From the IMG/VR virus record IMGVR_UViG_3300045988_136773: a stretch of DNA of 64,000 nt. One strand, written 5' to 3'. Below the pieces are notes generated by a model. The model ran no database searches. It worked only from the letters and a program-made list of their open reading frames with translations, and was not told the DNA's origin. Positions 45,228 to 55,274 of the stretch are shown piece by piece. How positions within the stretch are numbered: the first letter of the stretch is position 1; every line of letters begins with the position of its first letter. A program made the translations under genes and the position numbers. This stretch comes from a virus.

Positions 45228-48086
45228 GTGCGAAAATATTTAGATTTAACAGGACTTCATTATTTGGTCAATACAACAGTCAATCTATATAATCAACGGT
45301 GTGGACTACGGGTAGAAGGTAAGGAATTTACAGTAGCTGGTAATAAAGTTACAGCTGGTGTAGAGGCTGAAATTTTCAACGACTATAGAGAAAACGGATG
45401 TATTGCTACTGGTGTATACTCTCATGCAGAGGGATATGGTACATTAGCATCCGGTTCGTTTTCTCACTCTGAGGGGCATTCATCTGTTGCATCTGGTGAT
45501 TTTTCACATGCTGAAGGGAAACAGACAACTGCATCTGGATTTCGTAGTCATTCTGAGGGAGAGGGTACAAGAGCTGTTGGTCAATGTTCTCATTCTGAAG
45601 GTATTGGAACAAGTGCTACTGGTTCGTATTCTCATTCAGAAGGTTGTATGACAGTAGCAGGGGCAAATCCAGATGACTCTGAAAATACATATGTTCCAAA
45701 ATCATGTCATGCTGAAGGTAACGGCGGTATAGCCTGCGGAGATTATTCTCATGTAGAAGGGTATGCCTATCCAATATCAGTTCCTAGTTCGAATTGTTAT
45801 CGTTCTATAAGTGGTGCAACTGCATCTCATGTTGAAGGCGCAGCAAATGAGACCTTTGCTCCAGGTTCACATGCAGAAGGCATTGGTAACTCTGTGAAAT
45901 CTAAAAATGGTGCAAAATACGGAATCCATATAGAGGGCGTAAGAAATTATAGTCCGAATGAATCTTCTACAGGACAAGCATCACATATAGAGGGAGAATC
46001 AAATTACCATTTAGGTGGATACCAAGTGCATCTTGAAGGCGTAAGCAATGCCACAGATTCAGATAATGTACATATAGAAGGAAATACATGTAATGTTGCA
46101 AGCTCAAAGTGTGCTCATGCTGAGGGTAACGCAAATGTAATTGCAAATTCTGACAATGCACATGCTGAGGGGTGTGCAAATAAGATTGGTGTGATGAATC
46201 AAGATGCTGGGTGGAAAACAGACGATTCTGGAAATTACATAATGTCCTACACTGCATTGAAAGATTCTGATGGTAATCCAATTGCAGTAAAATGTTTTGC
46301 AACTCATGCGGAAGGTAATAACAACATATGTTTATGTCCTATGTCTCATGCAGAGGGTGACTCTAACTATTTAGGGAATGGTAGTTGGACTATGCATATT
46401 GAAGGCAATTACAATACTGCTACAGCTATTGCTGGTACATCCAGATTTTCTCATATTGAGGGTTGCTCGAACCAGGTGGATTCTGCACAAATTTCGCATG
46501 TAGAGGGTAATACAAACGAAGTCGGAAAAGGCATGGTTATAAATGGGACTAGTATAAAATCAGGTGTAACTATGTCACATATCGAAGGAAACGTTAACAA
46601 GGTTACAGCCGTGGATAGTTGTCACATAGAAGGTTGTGATAACCGAGTTTATTCTGCTTTTTCTACATCAGTTGGTGGTGCTGGAAATACAGTAACTGGA
46701 AATAAAACTTGTGTCTTTGGCGGTAATAACACAGTAAATACTCAATGCAGTTTAGTGTTTGGCGAATATAATAATTGTACTGGTGGGGATTCATGTGCTG
46801 GTGGTGCAGGAATATCAGTAGAAGGATCACGCTCCTTTGGATTTGGCACAGGACATCTTACTGGTGTATCTAACATAGCAAAAACAGCCCCATATTCATT
46901 TGTATTCGGTGATACATGTGTCGCATATGGGAGCAATTCATTTATATTCGGACGACTTAATACTACAGGTATCGCATCAACTGATGATATTCCAGATCCC
47001 ACTGAACCATCATATGGAGTAGCAATTGGGGTATTATGTCAGACATATGGAAGTTATTCTCTCGCATTTGGCAACAGCAATACTGCCAGGGGTGATGGTT
47101 CAATAGTTCTAGGTAAGTACAATAAGTCTTACAGCCCATATTCATTTATATTTGGAGATAGTAATACTACAGGAACACAACCTACAGATGATAATCCTAA
47201 TCCTTCTGAACCGCCATATTCGATTGCGATAGGTGTCGGACAAATTGTAGAAGGTTATCATTCATTAGCCTTTGGAATTGGTTCACATATATATAGTAGT
47301 GCTTATTATTCATATGCATTAGGTGGTGCAGGTGGACATGCTGTATATTCCCCATATTCTTTAGCATTGGGTTGTGGCTGTACTGTGGGCATTGAACCTA
47401 CTACGGATAATCCATCGCCTAAACAAAATTCACATTGCTATGCAATTGGCTCAGGTAGCAAAACTTCCGGAAATTTATCATTTTCCTTTGGAGGTGGGTG
47501 TAGCACAACTGGGAATTATTCGTTAACTTTTGGAACCGGTTCTTCTAATTCTGGGAACTGGTCTGTGGCTATTGGGAGTGGTACGAATGTAGAAGCTGAT
47601 TATAGTTTTGCATTTGGCAATGAAGGTGTCCATATTTATTCAGGTGCAAGTAATTCTATTGCACTTATGTCTGGAGCGAAAGTACATTCTAGTGAATCTG
47701 TAGCTATCGGTTGTGGTAGTGTAGCTGGGAACAGTGAAAATGATACATCTCAATCTTTGGCTCCAGCTTGCTTTACATTTGGTTCTAAATGTATGTCAAG
47801 AGGTGGATATGGCTCTCTTGCAACTGGTTATAATACAATTTCGTCATCTAAAGGTCAATTTGTTACTGGTAAATATAATAAAGAAGATGCAAATAACAAG
47901 TACGGTTTCATTTTAGGGAATGGTAATTATGACAGTAGTTCTAAAACAACCACTCGTTCCAATGCAATTGCAGTTGACTGGCATGGAAAAATCTACGTCA
48001 ACAATTCCGAAACCGGAGTAGATGTCTTAGATTTACTAAACAGGATTACAGCACTAGAAGAAAAAGTAGCTGCATTAACATCTTAA
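45228..48086 (+). CDS. Tail fibre with a YadA-head-like (Hep_Hag type) repeat region and a C-terminal coiled coil
   Basis: 952 aa. 14-residue periodic units of the form S-H-[AS]-E-G-x4-A-S-G-x2, and a C-terminal LDLLNRITALEEKVAALTS. Confidence 0.7.
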   Translation: MRKYLDLTGLHYLVNTTVNLYNQRCGLRVEGKEFTVAGNKVTAGVEAEIFNDYRENGCIATGVYSHAEGYGTLASGSFSHSEGHSSVASGDFSHAEGKQTTASGFRSHSEGEGTRAVGQCSHSEGIGTSATGSYSHSEGCMTVAGANPDDSENTYVPKSCHAEGNGGIACGDYSHVEGYAYPISVPSSNCYRSISGATASHVEGAANETFAPGSHAEGIGNSVKSKNGAKYGIHIEGVRNYSPNESSTGQASHIEGESNYHLGGYQVHLEGVSNATDSDNVHIEGNTCNVASSKCAHAEGNANVIANSDNAHAEGCANKIGVMNQDAGWKTDDSGNYIMSYTALKDSDGNPIAVKCFATHAEGNNNICLCPMSHAEGDSNYLGNGSWTMHIEGNYNTATAIAGTSRFSHIEGCSNQVDSAQISHVEGNTNEVGKGMVINGTSIKSGVTMSHIEGNVNKVTAVDSCHIEGCDNRVYSAFSTSVGGAGNTVTGNKTCVFGGNNTVNTQCSLVFGEYNNCTGGDSCAGGAGISVEGSRSFGFGTGHLTGVSNIAKTAPYSFVFGDTCVAYGSNSFIFGRLNTTGIASTDDIPDPTEPSYGVAIGVLCQTYGSYSLAFGNSNTARGDGSIVLGKYNKSYSPYSFIFGDSNTTGTQPTDDNPNPSEPPYSIAIGVGQIVEGYHSLAFGIGSHIYSSAYYSYALGGAGGHAVYSPYSLALGCGCTVGIEPTTDNPSPKQNSHCYAIGSGSKTSGNLSFSFGGGCSTTGNYSLTFGTGSSNSGNWSVAIGSGTNVEADYSFAFGNEGVHIYSGASNSIALMSGAKVHSSESVAIGCGSVAGNSENDTSQSLAPACFTFGSKCMSRGGYGSLATGYNTISSSKGQFVTGKYNKEDANNKYGFILGNGNYDSSSKTTTRSNAIAVDWHGKIYVNNSETGVDVLDLLNRITALEEKVAALTS
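45420..46633 (+). repeat. In-frame array of about 23 H-x-E-G units (SHAEG, SHSEG, SHIEG, AHAEG and similar) within the fibre gene
   Basis: Counted by eye in the translation from SHAEGYGTLASG to CHIEGCDNRV. Spacing is mostly 14 aa or multiples of 14. Confidence 0.7.
46890..47500 (+). repeat. Three ~70-aa tandem protein repeats within the fibre gene (approximate coordinates)
   Basis: SFIFGRLNTTGIASTDDIPDPTEPSYGVAIGV, SFIFGDSNTTGTQPTDDNPNPSEPPYSIAIGV and SLALGCGCTVGIEPTTDNPSPKQNSHCYAIGS. Confidence 0.6.
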
Positions 48087-48102
48087 ATCGAGGTGATACA
48101 CA

Positions 48103-49080
48103 TTGTTATTAGCAAGTAAAGATATGGGCGTAAGACATAATGTATCATTTCGAGTAATTGATCTAGCAACAAACAAAGTAGTGTCTACTCATACAGGACA
48201 CAATCAAGCAACCAACACACTTCTGACTGGAATTGCAAGCTTTCTGAAAGGCGATGGAGTCTTAAATCAAGGAACTCATATGCTGAATAAGTATGTTCCA
48301 AGATATATTTCCCTGGGAACAATGGGGCTTATCAATCAAGAAGAAGATGCAGATGGATTGCCAGCTGGAATCGGGGAGATTGATGGAGAAGAATCGCAAC
48401 GATTTGATGACTATATGAATCAAGTTCCGGGATTCGGGGCAGATGGCTATGATGCAAACCAGAATAACAATCGAACTTATCTAGGAATCGGACCTGCATT
48501 TGCAGACAGAGATACTGCACAAGACGAGTCACCAAAAACCATTCGATGCGAACTTGTATCTCCAACATTCCCTAGGGCTGAAATATCATATCGAACGGTT
48601 ATTCCTGAAATAAAAGCAGAGCTGCCAGAAACAGTGGATGTCATTTTCAGTGCAATGATCTCTACAGGGGCACTTGCACAGTTCAGAGAACCCGGAAAAG
48701 ACTATGTGTTTATTACGGAAGCCGGATTATGGTCAAAACGAGATTTGCTGAGTATGAATCCAGAAAGTCCGTCAGGATATAGCAAAAACAATGGATTGCT
48801 TGCAGGATACCGTATTGCACCGCCAGATGAAATAAACTGGGATATGGTTGCAAACAACACAGTAACAGAAGAGCAAGCTCAGAAGAATCGAAATATTTTG
48901 AAACATGAAATTCTGAAAGTCGGAATCAATCAAGTTGTACAAGTTGTGTGGAAGATTCAAATCGGAGCAATCAAACAATTGACTGCGAGTTCTGACCAGA
49001 TAACTAGTATTACAAATCAAGAAATTGATGACTGTTTCGATGAGTATCTAAACGGAACACCATGTAAGCATCAATTCTAA
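48103..49080 (+). CDS. Tail fibre / receptor-binding protein, paralogue A (325 aa)
   Basis: It shares a long conserved N-terminal region with the next ORF (GHNQATNT.LTG...PRYISLGTMGLINQEEDADGLPAGIG...FPRAEISYR...FSAMISTGAL.QFREPGKDYVFITE). Confidence 0.55.
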   Translation: MLLASKDMGVRHNVSFRVIDLATNKVVSTHTGHNQATNTLLTGIASFLKGDGVLNQGTHMLNKYVPRYISLGTMGLINQEEDADGLPAGIGEIDGEESQRFDDYMNQVPGFGADGYDANQNNNRTYLGIGPAFADRDTAQDESPKTIRCELVSPTFPRAEISYRTVIPEIKAELPETVDVIFSAMISTGALAQFREPGKDYVFITEAGLWSKRDLLSMNPESPSGYSKNNGLLAGYRIAPPDEINWDMVANNTVTEEQAQKNRNILKHEILKVGINQVVQVVWKIQIGAIKQLTASSDQITSITNQEIDDCFDEYLNGTPCKHQF

Positions 49081-49094
49081 TACAGAAATGGTAG

Positions 49095-50633
49095 GTGAGA
49101 TTCAGATTGGACATAACACAAATCTTAAAAGACACCGGAGTTAAGAACAATGTCACAATTCGAGTTTTAGAAGCTGGATCTCATAAAGTTGTATCTGAAC
49201 ATGTTGGACATAATCAAGCAACAAATACAATGCTGACAGGTTTAGCTCATTATCTGATTGGTGATGGTATTTTAAATCAGGGAGCATATATGCTGAACCA
49301 TTTCATCCCAAGATACATATCTTTGGGAACTATGGGATTGATAAACCAAGAGGAAGATGCTGACGGATTACCTGCCGGAATTGGTGTAACTGGTGGAACA
49401 GAAGAAAAACGATTTACAGAGTACATGGAACAAGTCCCTGGATATGGTGCAGACGGGTATGATCCAAATCAAAATAATCACCGTGCATATCTGGGATTAG
49501 GTCCAGTGTTTTCAGATCGTGATACATTAGATGATGAAACACCAAAAACAGTTCGATGCGAATTGATTTCCAATACATTTCCAAGAGCTGAAATATCATA
49601 CCGTCAAGTTGTTCCAGAAGTAACAGCAGAGTTGGCAGAAACACTCGATGTAGTTTTTAGCGCAATGATTTCAACAGGAGCATTAGAGCAGTTTCGGGAA
49701 CCAGGAAAAGACTATGTGTTCATCACAGAATGCGGTTTGTGGACATGTCCTGATTGGAATGACAGTGAAAGTAATGGACTTCTGGCAGGGTATCGAATTG
49801 TACCACCAAATGAAGAAAACTGGATTATGAAATCCAATTCTGATGTAACACCTGCACAAGCTGCAAACAATCGTGAACTTCTGAAACATCAAATCTTGAA
49901 AGTCAAGAAAAATCAAGTTGTCCAGGTTATCTGGAAAATACAACTTGGTGCAATCAAACAGCTTACTGGCTATAATTCATCCGGCAAGCTGGATTTGAAT
50001 TTGACAAATATCAAAACGAAAGATATTCGATATTATTCTCAGTCGAATGCAATTCCATTGGATATACAATCTGAAACAACCATATGTGATATTGATTTCA
50101 CGTTGCCAGAATCAGATAATGCAATCTATGTACAAACTGCATTTCAGGCAATCATACTTGCAGATATACTGGTTACTGGCTCAAATCCAAAAATAAAAGT
50201 AAAGTACGTTCTGAATGATTCTTATTTAACCACATGGGAAGCGGAACAAACTCTAACAAACGGTTCTCAGATATTAAATCTAGCACAGCCCTTATATAAG
50301 TATGACATCATAAAGAACAATTTGAAAGTGATACTCGCACCTGTAAATTGTACATTGTCTGTTCCAGTACGAAAACTGTCTGCCCAGATCAATGCAATCA
50401 CGGACTGGTCTGGTGAAATCAGAGTTACGGAATCCGGGATGAAACCGATTACATTTGATGGAAACAGAAAAATGAACATAAATCCATGTATCGACGAGAT
50501 TATATTTGCAGGATTCGATAGTCCGACATTATCTGGAATAGGAGACACTGTATCAATTATCAATATTCCGTCCAGATCGATGACAGTAAACGGCATATCT
50601 GGTTCTGTAGATTTTGAACTAAAAGACGAATAG
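49095..50633 (+). CDS. Tail fibre / receptor-binding protein, paralogue B (512 aa; the start may be TTG 49107)
   Basis: The N-terminal ~290 aa are paralogous to 48103..49080. The C-terminal ~200 aa are unique. Confidence 0.55.
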   Translation: MRFRLDITQILKDTGVKNNVTIRVLEAGSHKVVSEHVGHNQATNTMLTGLAHYLIGDGILNQGAYMLNHFIPRYISLGTMGLINQEEDADGLPAGIGVTGGTEEKRFTEYMEQVPGYGADGYDPNQNNHRAYLGLGPVFSDRDTLDDETPKTVRCELISNTFPRAEISYRQVVPEVTAELAETLDVVFSAMISTGALEQFREPGKDYVFITECGLWTCPDWNDSESNGLLAGYRIVPPNEENWIMKSNSDVTPAQAANNRELLKHQILKVKKNQVVQVIWKIQLGAIKQLTGYNSSGKLDLNLTNIKTKDIRYYSQSNAIPLDIQSETTICDIDFTLPESDNAIYVQTAFQAIILADILVTGSNPKIKVKYVLNDSYLTTWEAEQTLTNGSQILNLAQPLYKYDIIKNNLKVILAPVNCTLSVPVRKLSAQINAITDWSGEIRVTESGMKPITFDGNRKMNINPCIDEIIFAGFDSPTLSGIGDTVSIINIPSRSMTVNGISGSVDFELKDE

Positions 50634-50648
50634 TAGGTGATGTAAATT

Positions 50649-52061
50649 ATGCCCTTACAAGGCTATACAAAAATAGAATTGACTGATGTAGAAACAAACA
50701 ATACAGAAGTCTATGAGAAACACAACATTGTCACAAATGCACTGTCTGAGATATTCAGACCAATTGGATATTGGAAAGATTGCAACTCATTACTAAATCG
50801 TACAAATCCATGGGTGTCTACATTATGTGGCGGATTGCTTTGTTTTGATAAAAACATTCCAGAAGATAAAAATACATTATTTGCACCTGCTGGAACAACT
50901 TTGATTGCGTGTGGTGCTCATGGTGAAGTTAATGCTACATCAAATTCAATAAGAGGAGATAGCAATAAGTTAGAAACTTCAATTAACACTTCAACTAAGG
51001 TTGCAAAATTTGTATATGACTTCAAGACATCTCAGGGAAATGGTACGATAAATAGTGTTTGTCTAACGTCTTATAAAGGTGGATTTCGATCATATAACAT
51101 GAATTCAAATGCGGATGCTAATTCACAGCATCTGCAAGATTATTCACATTACCGTATTGGTGCAGTGTATCCATACATTTCTGATATCGGCGACTATGGT
51201 ACTTGTAAAAATGCAGAACGAACATTTTTAATTGATTCAAAGTCTGGCATAAAATATAGTTTACTTTATGACACCGTAGACTATTTGAAAATTATCAAGC
51301 GAAACGTATATACAAACAGCATTAGTATCTTTGATTCAGATATAAGTACATCGAAAACAAGGATATTGTCTAGCACTCAAATAAAATTAAATATTGGTAG
51401 ACTTTGTGATATCTACCAATGGTGGAGCTATGATGATAGGGTATTATATTTATTTTTACCAAAAACGTCTAATGATGGATCAGGATCTGTCGCAGCTGGA
51501 AAAACCATCAGAATTATAAAACTAAGCTACCCTAATTGGGAAGCTGAATATTTTGATGTCGAAAATACTACTGATGGTACAATATCATGCGATAGTTGCT
51601 GCGTATATAAAAACAATTTATACTTTACAACATCCTATTCTAGTTCAAATATATATTATATACAGCCATACAGGGTGAATATACTAGATTCCTCTGATTA
51701 CACAAAATTTGCTAAAATACAGCGACAATCTACTGACTATTTGCGTCCGATTAGTGTTTTCGGCGGGAAAATATTATATTTTGGATTATGCCGCTCCTCT
51801 TACTCATACACCTATGATAGTTTTATATTCGACACTGAATTAGGTACAGGATCAGTTACTGATTGTGCTACAACTTGGGCTAGCGGATATTTAATGAATC
51901 CTATTTTAGATGATAATTTTCATTTCTATTCCGGCTATAGCCATTCTGTCATTGTTCCATCCAACTACCTAGCAACAATAAACAACCTAGAAACACCAAT
52001 CATCAAAACATCCGATAAGACTATGAAAATTACATACACACTGAAAGAGGTGGATTTATAA
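50649..52061 (+). CDS. Tail fibre-associated protein (470 aa); possibly a distant third paralogue
   Basis: Called by position. There is a weak N-terminal echo (HNIVTNALSEIF against GHNQATNTMLTGL). Confidence 0.4.
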   Translation: MPLQGYTKIELTDVETNNTEVYEKHNIVTNALSEIFRPIGYWKDCNSLLNRTNPWVSTLCGGLLCFDKNIPEDKNTLFAPAGTTLIACGAHGEVNATSNSIRGDSNKLETSINTSTKVAKFVYDFKTSQGNGTINSVCLTSYKGGFRSYNMNSNADANSQHLQDYSHYRIGAVYPYISDIGDYGTCKNAERTFLIDSKSGIKYSLLYDTVDYLKIIKRNVYTNSISIFDSDISTSKTRILSSTQIKLNIGRLCDIYQWWSYDDRVLYLFLPKTSNDGSGSVAAGKTIRIIKLSYPNWEAEYFDVENTTDGTISCDSCCVYKNNLYFTTSYSSSNIYYIQPYRVNILDSSDYTKFAKIQRQSTDYLRPISVFGGKILYFGLCRSSYSYTYDSFIFDTELGTGSVTDCATTWASGYLMNPILDDNFHFYSGYSHSVIVPSNYLATINNLETPIIKTSDKTMKITYTLKEVDL

Positions 52062-52400
52062 ATGGATGAAATTGTATTCACTACACCTGCACTGTTAGAT
52101 TTTCTTTCTCAGATAGATGAATTAGGACCGTATCCATTGGAACTACATGAGAACGATAACAATATACAAATTGTAATCGGAGATTCCGTCTATAGCATCA
52201 ATTCAAACCATGCAGATCAGATTCAAGTAAAAACTGACGTTGTACAAGAAGTATCTGACATTGCAGATTCCACTTGTGAAACCTTATCTAATTCTGACGA
52301 CAGCCTAGAACCAATCGAATCCGGAATAATAAAGGAATTTGCAAAGACACTACTTGTCGGCGGATTAGTTCGACTAACAAACAAAGTTCTAAAGAAATGA
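52062..52400 (+). CDS. hypothetical acidic protein (112 aa)
   Basis: The start directly abuts the upstream stop. Confidence 0.45.
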   Translation: MDEIVFTTPALLDFLSQIDELGPYPLELHENDNNIQIVIGDSVYSINSNHADQIQVKTDVVQEVSDIADSTCETLSNSDDSLEPIESGIIKEFAKTLLVGGLVRLTNKVLKK

Positions 52401-53803
52401 GGGATTTCAGCGTGAACGTACAAATAAAAAATAAATCTGTAAATGCAGATACAGGCATCCCTACTACGATAATCGGAACATATTCTGGAGAAGTATTAGA
52501 TGCAAGAATTACAAATAACAACGGCTTAGATATTACTGATGAAGTAATCCATACTGTCTTAGAGTCGGATGATTATAAACAGGGTATTGAAAATGGATGG
52601 TTCATTGGATTTCTAGGACACCCAGAAGATCCAAATTGTATGGATTTCAAAAACGGATGTATCGTCATGACCGATATGTCAATTGACGATAACGGAAAAG
52701 TCTATGGTGAATTTAATCTGGTAGGTACACCTGTAGGACAAATTGTAAAGACGTTTATTGACGCTGGAGTAAAGTTTGGCATTTCCATTCGTGGAGCAGG
52801 GGATATTGTCGATAACGCTGTAGATCCTGAAACATTTGTATTCCGTGGATATGACTTAGTATCTTTCCCGGCATATCCGGAATCAATCCCAAAGTTTACA
52901 GCAATTGCAGCATCTACAAATACAGATGACCGAAAGAAGTATCAATCTGTCTGCAAGGTGGTTCGGGATAACATTTCTGCAATCACATCCAGTACTGCAA
53001 TTGACGTAATTCAATCTCAATTTGCAAAACAGTCTGATACATATAAAATGCTTCAAACACAAAAGGATAAGCTTACTGCATCTACAGAAACCGCATCAGA
53101 TATAGATCCTGAATTTGCAAAAGAAAAGATTCAAGCAATGACAGATTTATGCATTCGCCTTATGGAGTCTACAAAGACACTGTCTCAGGAAAAAGATAAG
53201 ATGATGCACAATCATGCAAAAGAGACAATCTCTGCAAGCAGAAAGATCAGAACATTAAAACGAATTACAAGCAGTCAGATGTGCGATATTATGGGACAGC
53301 TCAAATCTGAGCAGTCAGACTATACAGCACTGCAAAAAGAAAATAAACGAATTAAGACACAGTTATCTGACGTGAAAAAGAAAAACCTTATATATAAACA
53401 GAGGGTTGAAGCGAGTGCAGACGAACTTCAAGAAAAGCAAAAGATCATTGCAAGTCTAAAGTCACAAATGCGTGAAACCGTCACAGCTAGTACAGACTTA
53501 GAGACACGCACATCAAACCTTGATGAAACAAATCGAAAGCTACGTTCTGAACTTCGTACTTGTAAGCAAACTTTGCAGTCATTCCAAGCAGCATATGCAG
53601 ATATATATGCTTCTGCATTAGGTGTAAATCCAGGTAGTCTTAGTATCACAGCAAGCACAACTGTAGACGATTTACAGAAAATAGTAAATAGTGCTACAAG
53701 CACATCAAACATGGCAACCGCAGATATGGTAGAGCCATTGTATATCATTGATGAATGTGATGATACAGACGACTACGAAACAAATGATCTTGTAACAATG
53801 TAA
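52397..53803 (+). CDS. Prohead protease (T4 gp21-like) fused to a coiled-coil scaffold region
   Basis: GFLGHPEDP...NGKVYGEFNLVGTPVGQIVKTFIDAGVKFGISIRGAGD matches the remembered gp21 His and Ser blocks. The C-terminal ~250 aa are heptad-rich and charged. It lies directly upstream of the major capsid gene. Confidence 0.6.
   Translation: MRDFSVNVQIKNKSVNADTGIPTTIIGTYSGEVLDARITNNNGLDITDEVIHTVLESDDYKQGIENGWFIGFLGHPEDPNCMDFKNGCIVMTDMSIDDNGKVYGEFNLVGTPVGQIVKTFIDAGVKFGISIRGAGDIVDNAVDPETFVFRGYDLVSFPAYPESIPKFTAIAASTNTDDRKKYQSVCKVVRDNISAITSSTAIDVIQSQFAKQSDTYKMLQTQKDKLTASTETASDIDPEFAKEKIQAMTDLCIRLMESTKTLSQEKDKMMHNHAKETISASRKIRTLKRITSSQMCDIMGQLKSEQSDYTALQKENKRIKTQLSDVKKKNLIYKQRVEASADELQEKQKIIASLKSQMRETVTASTDLETRTSNLDETNRKLRSELRTCKQTLQSFQAAYADIYASALGVNPGSLSITASTTVDDLQKIVNSATSTSNMATADMVEPLYIIDECDDTDDYETNDLVTM
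53384..53395 (+). promoter_or_regulatory. Copy 4 of the recurrent motif (AACCTTATATAT), inside the protease-scaffold gene
   Basis: Lies about 440 nt upstream of the major capsid protein start codon. Confidence 0.3.
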
Positions 53804-53837
53804 TTCCAATATTCCAATTATAGGAGTGAGATAATAC

Positions 53838-55274
53838 ATGACTATTAAGGCAACACATAAGACACCAGCACGGCGTAAGATCACTGCTGGTACAAGCATT
53901 ACTGCAAATGCACGCACAAAACAAGGTGCAACTCGAAATGCAGCAATGGCAAAGCTAGATCCACAGCGTAGAGCATTCGCACAGCAGATCATGGCAAACT
54001 GCAATCGTATGGGCAAGCGTACATCCATTATGGGTGCAACAAACACCTCTAACATTGCAGCACGTCCGGACTTCATGGAGCTCCTGCCGATGTTCGTACA
54101 GCAGCTGCTTGTACTGGATGTATTCGGCTCTGTAGCAATGAAATCTCGTCAGCAACTGATTCCGTATTTCAAGTTTGTAGCAGAGAACACCAAGGGGGAA
54201 ACTCAGAGATGTTCTATTCTGTCTACTCCGTTTGTAAACAAACAGGGATTTGATCCGAACTTCACTGGTCGAGTAGTAAAGAATGAGATCGTAGAGTCTG
54301 CAACTGGTTCTTTCACAACTGGTACTCTGGCATATCTTCCGGTACTGCCGAACTCTGTAACAATTTCTACCAATCTGGTAGGCGTAACCACTGAGTATAC
54401 CGATGACGGAGCAGGTTCTATCCTAGACAGCGAGGGTGCATCTAAGGGTTCTATCGACTACAGCACTGGTGCAATTAAGTTCACAACTCCGATCACTATC
54501 GCAGCTGGTGACACCGTAAAGGCAACTTACCAGTATGATAATGAAACTGTAGGTCCGAACGCACAGGATGAATATGGTGCACAGATGGCTAAGGGTTATC
54601 TGGATCTGGATGAAATCAACCTGGTAGCAGAAGCACACGAACTGGCTTGCTACTGGTCAATCTACAGTGCATTCGCAGCACAGCAGGAATATGGTGCTAA
54701 TATTGGCGATATGTCCAAGGACGCAGCATTCTCTGAGCTGACTGCTGAAATCAACACTGCTGGTTTCAAGAAGCTGAAGAATGCAGCTGCATACAATCCT
54801 GCATATAACTGGGATGCTTCTCCGGTCATGTCTGGTTCTGTTGTACCGTCTGACTACATCAATCAGTTTAAGCTGAAGCTGAATCAGGCATCCAACAGCA
54901 TCTACCAGAGAACCAACCTGGCTAGACCGAACCGTCTGATTGTAGGTACTAACGTAGAATCTTACCTGCGGATGGTAAACGGATTCTCTTCTGCATCTAT
55001 TGATGACACTGTAGGTCCGTACAAGTCTGGTAAGCTGGATCAGTTTGAAATCTATGTAGATCCGACATATGATCCGAATGAATGGGTAATGTGCTGCAAG
55101 TCTAACGACATCCGCAGAAACTCTGCTCTGTTTGGTGAGTACATGCCGTTTACAAACACTGACGCTATTGGTCTGGCAAACGCATCTGTACAGCAAGGTT
55201 ACGCTACAATGTACGCTATGGAAATCGTAAATCCGGCTACTATTGCTAGTGGTAGAATTGTTGGTACTTATTAA
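53838..55274 (+). CDS. Major capsid protein (T4 gp23-like), with a basic N-terminal propeptide candidate
   Basis: It follows the protease-scaffold gene. FMELLPMFVQQLLVLDVFGSVAMKSRQQLIPYF resembles the gp23 region (p.l.a.di.gvqpm). Codon bias is strong (CTG, CCG, CGT, GGT, GTA). Confidence 0.7.
   Translation: MTIKATHKTPARRKITAGTSITANARTKQGATRNAAMAKLDPQRRAFAQQIMANCNRMGKRTSIMGATNTSNIAARPDFMELLPMFVQQLLVLDVFGSVAMKSRQQLIPYFKFVAENTKGETQRCSILSTPFVNKQGFDPNFTGRVVKNEIVESATGSFTTGTLAYLPVLPNSVTISTNLVGVTTEYTDDGAGSILDSEGASKGSIDYSTGAIKFTTPITIAAGDTVKATYQYDNETVGPNAQDEYGAQMAKGYLDLDEINLVAEAHELACYWSIYSAFAAQQEYGANIGDMSKDAAFSELTAEINTAGFKKLKNAAAYNPAYNWDASPVMSGSVVPSDYINQFKLKLNQASNSIYQRTNLARPNRLIVGTNVESYLRMVNGFSSASIDDTVGPYKSGKLDQFEIYVDPTYDPNEWVMCCKSNDIRRNSALFGEYMPFTNTDAIGLANASVQQGYATMYAMEIVNPATIASGRIVGTY

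Noticed and set aside
45053-45292. A 79-aa ORF bridging 44983-45213 and the fibre gene start
   Set aside because: It overlaps two better-supported ORFs in another frame, has no RBS and has an odd composition.
45228-50633. The repeats in the fibre genes as the variable and template repeats of a diversity-generating retroelement
   Set aside because: There is no reverse transcriptase ORF in the window. The repeats are in-frame protein repeats or diverged paralogues, not a near-identical pair with adenine-specific differences.
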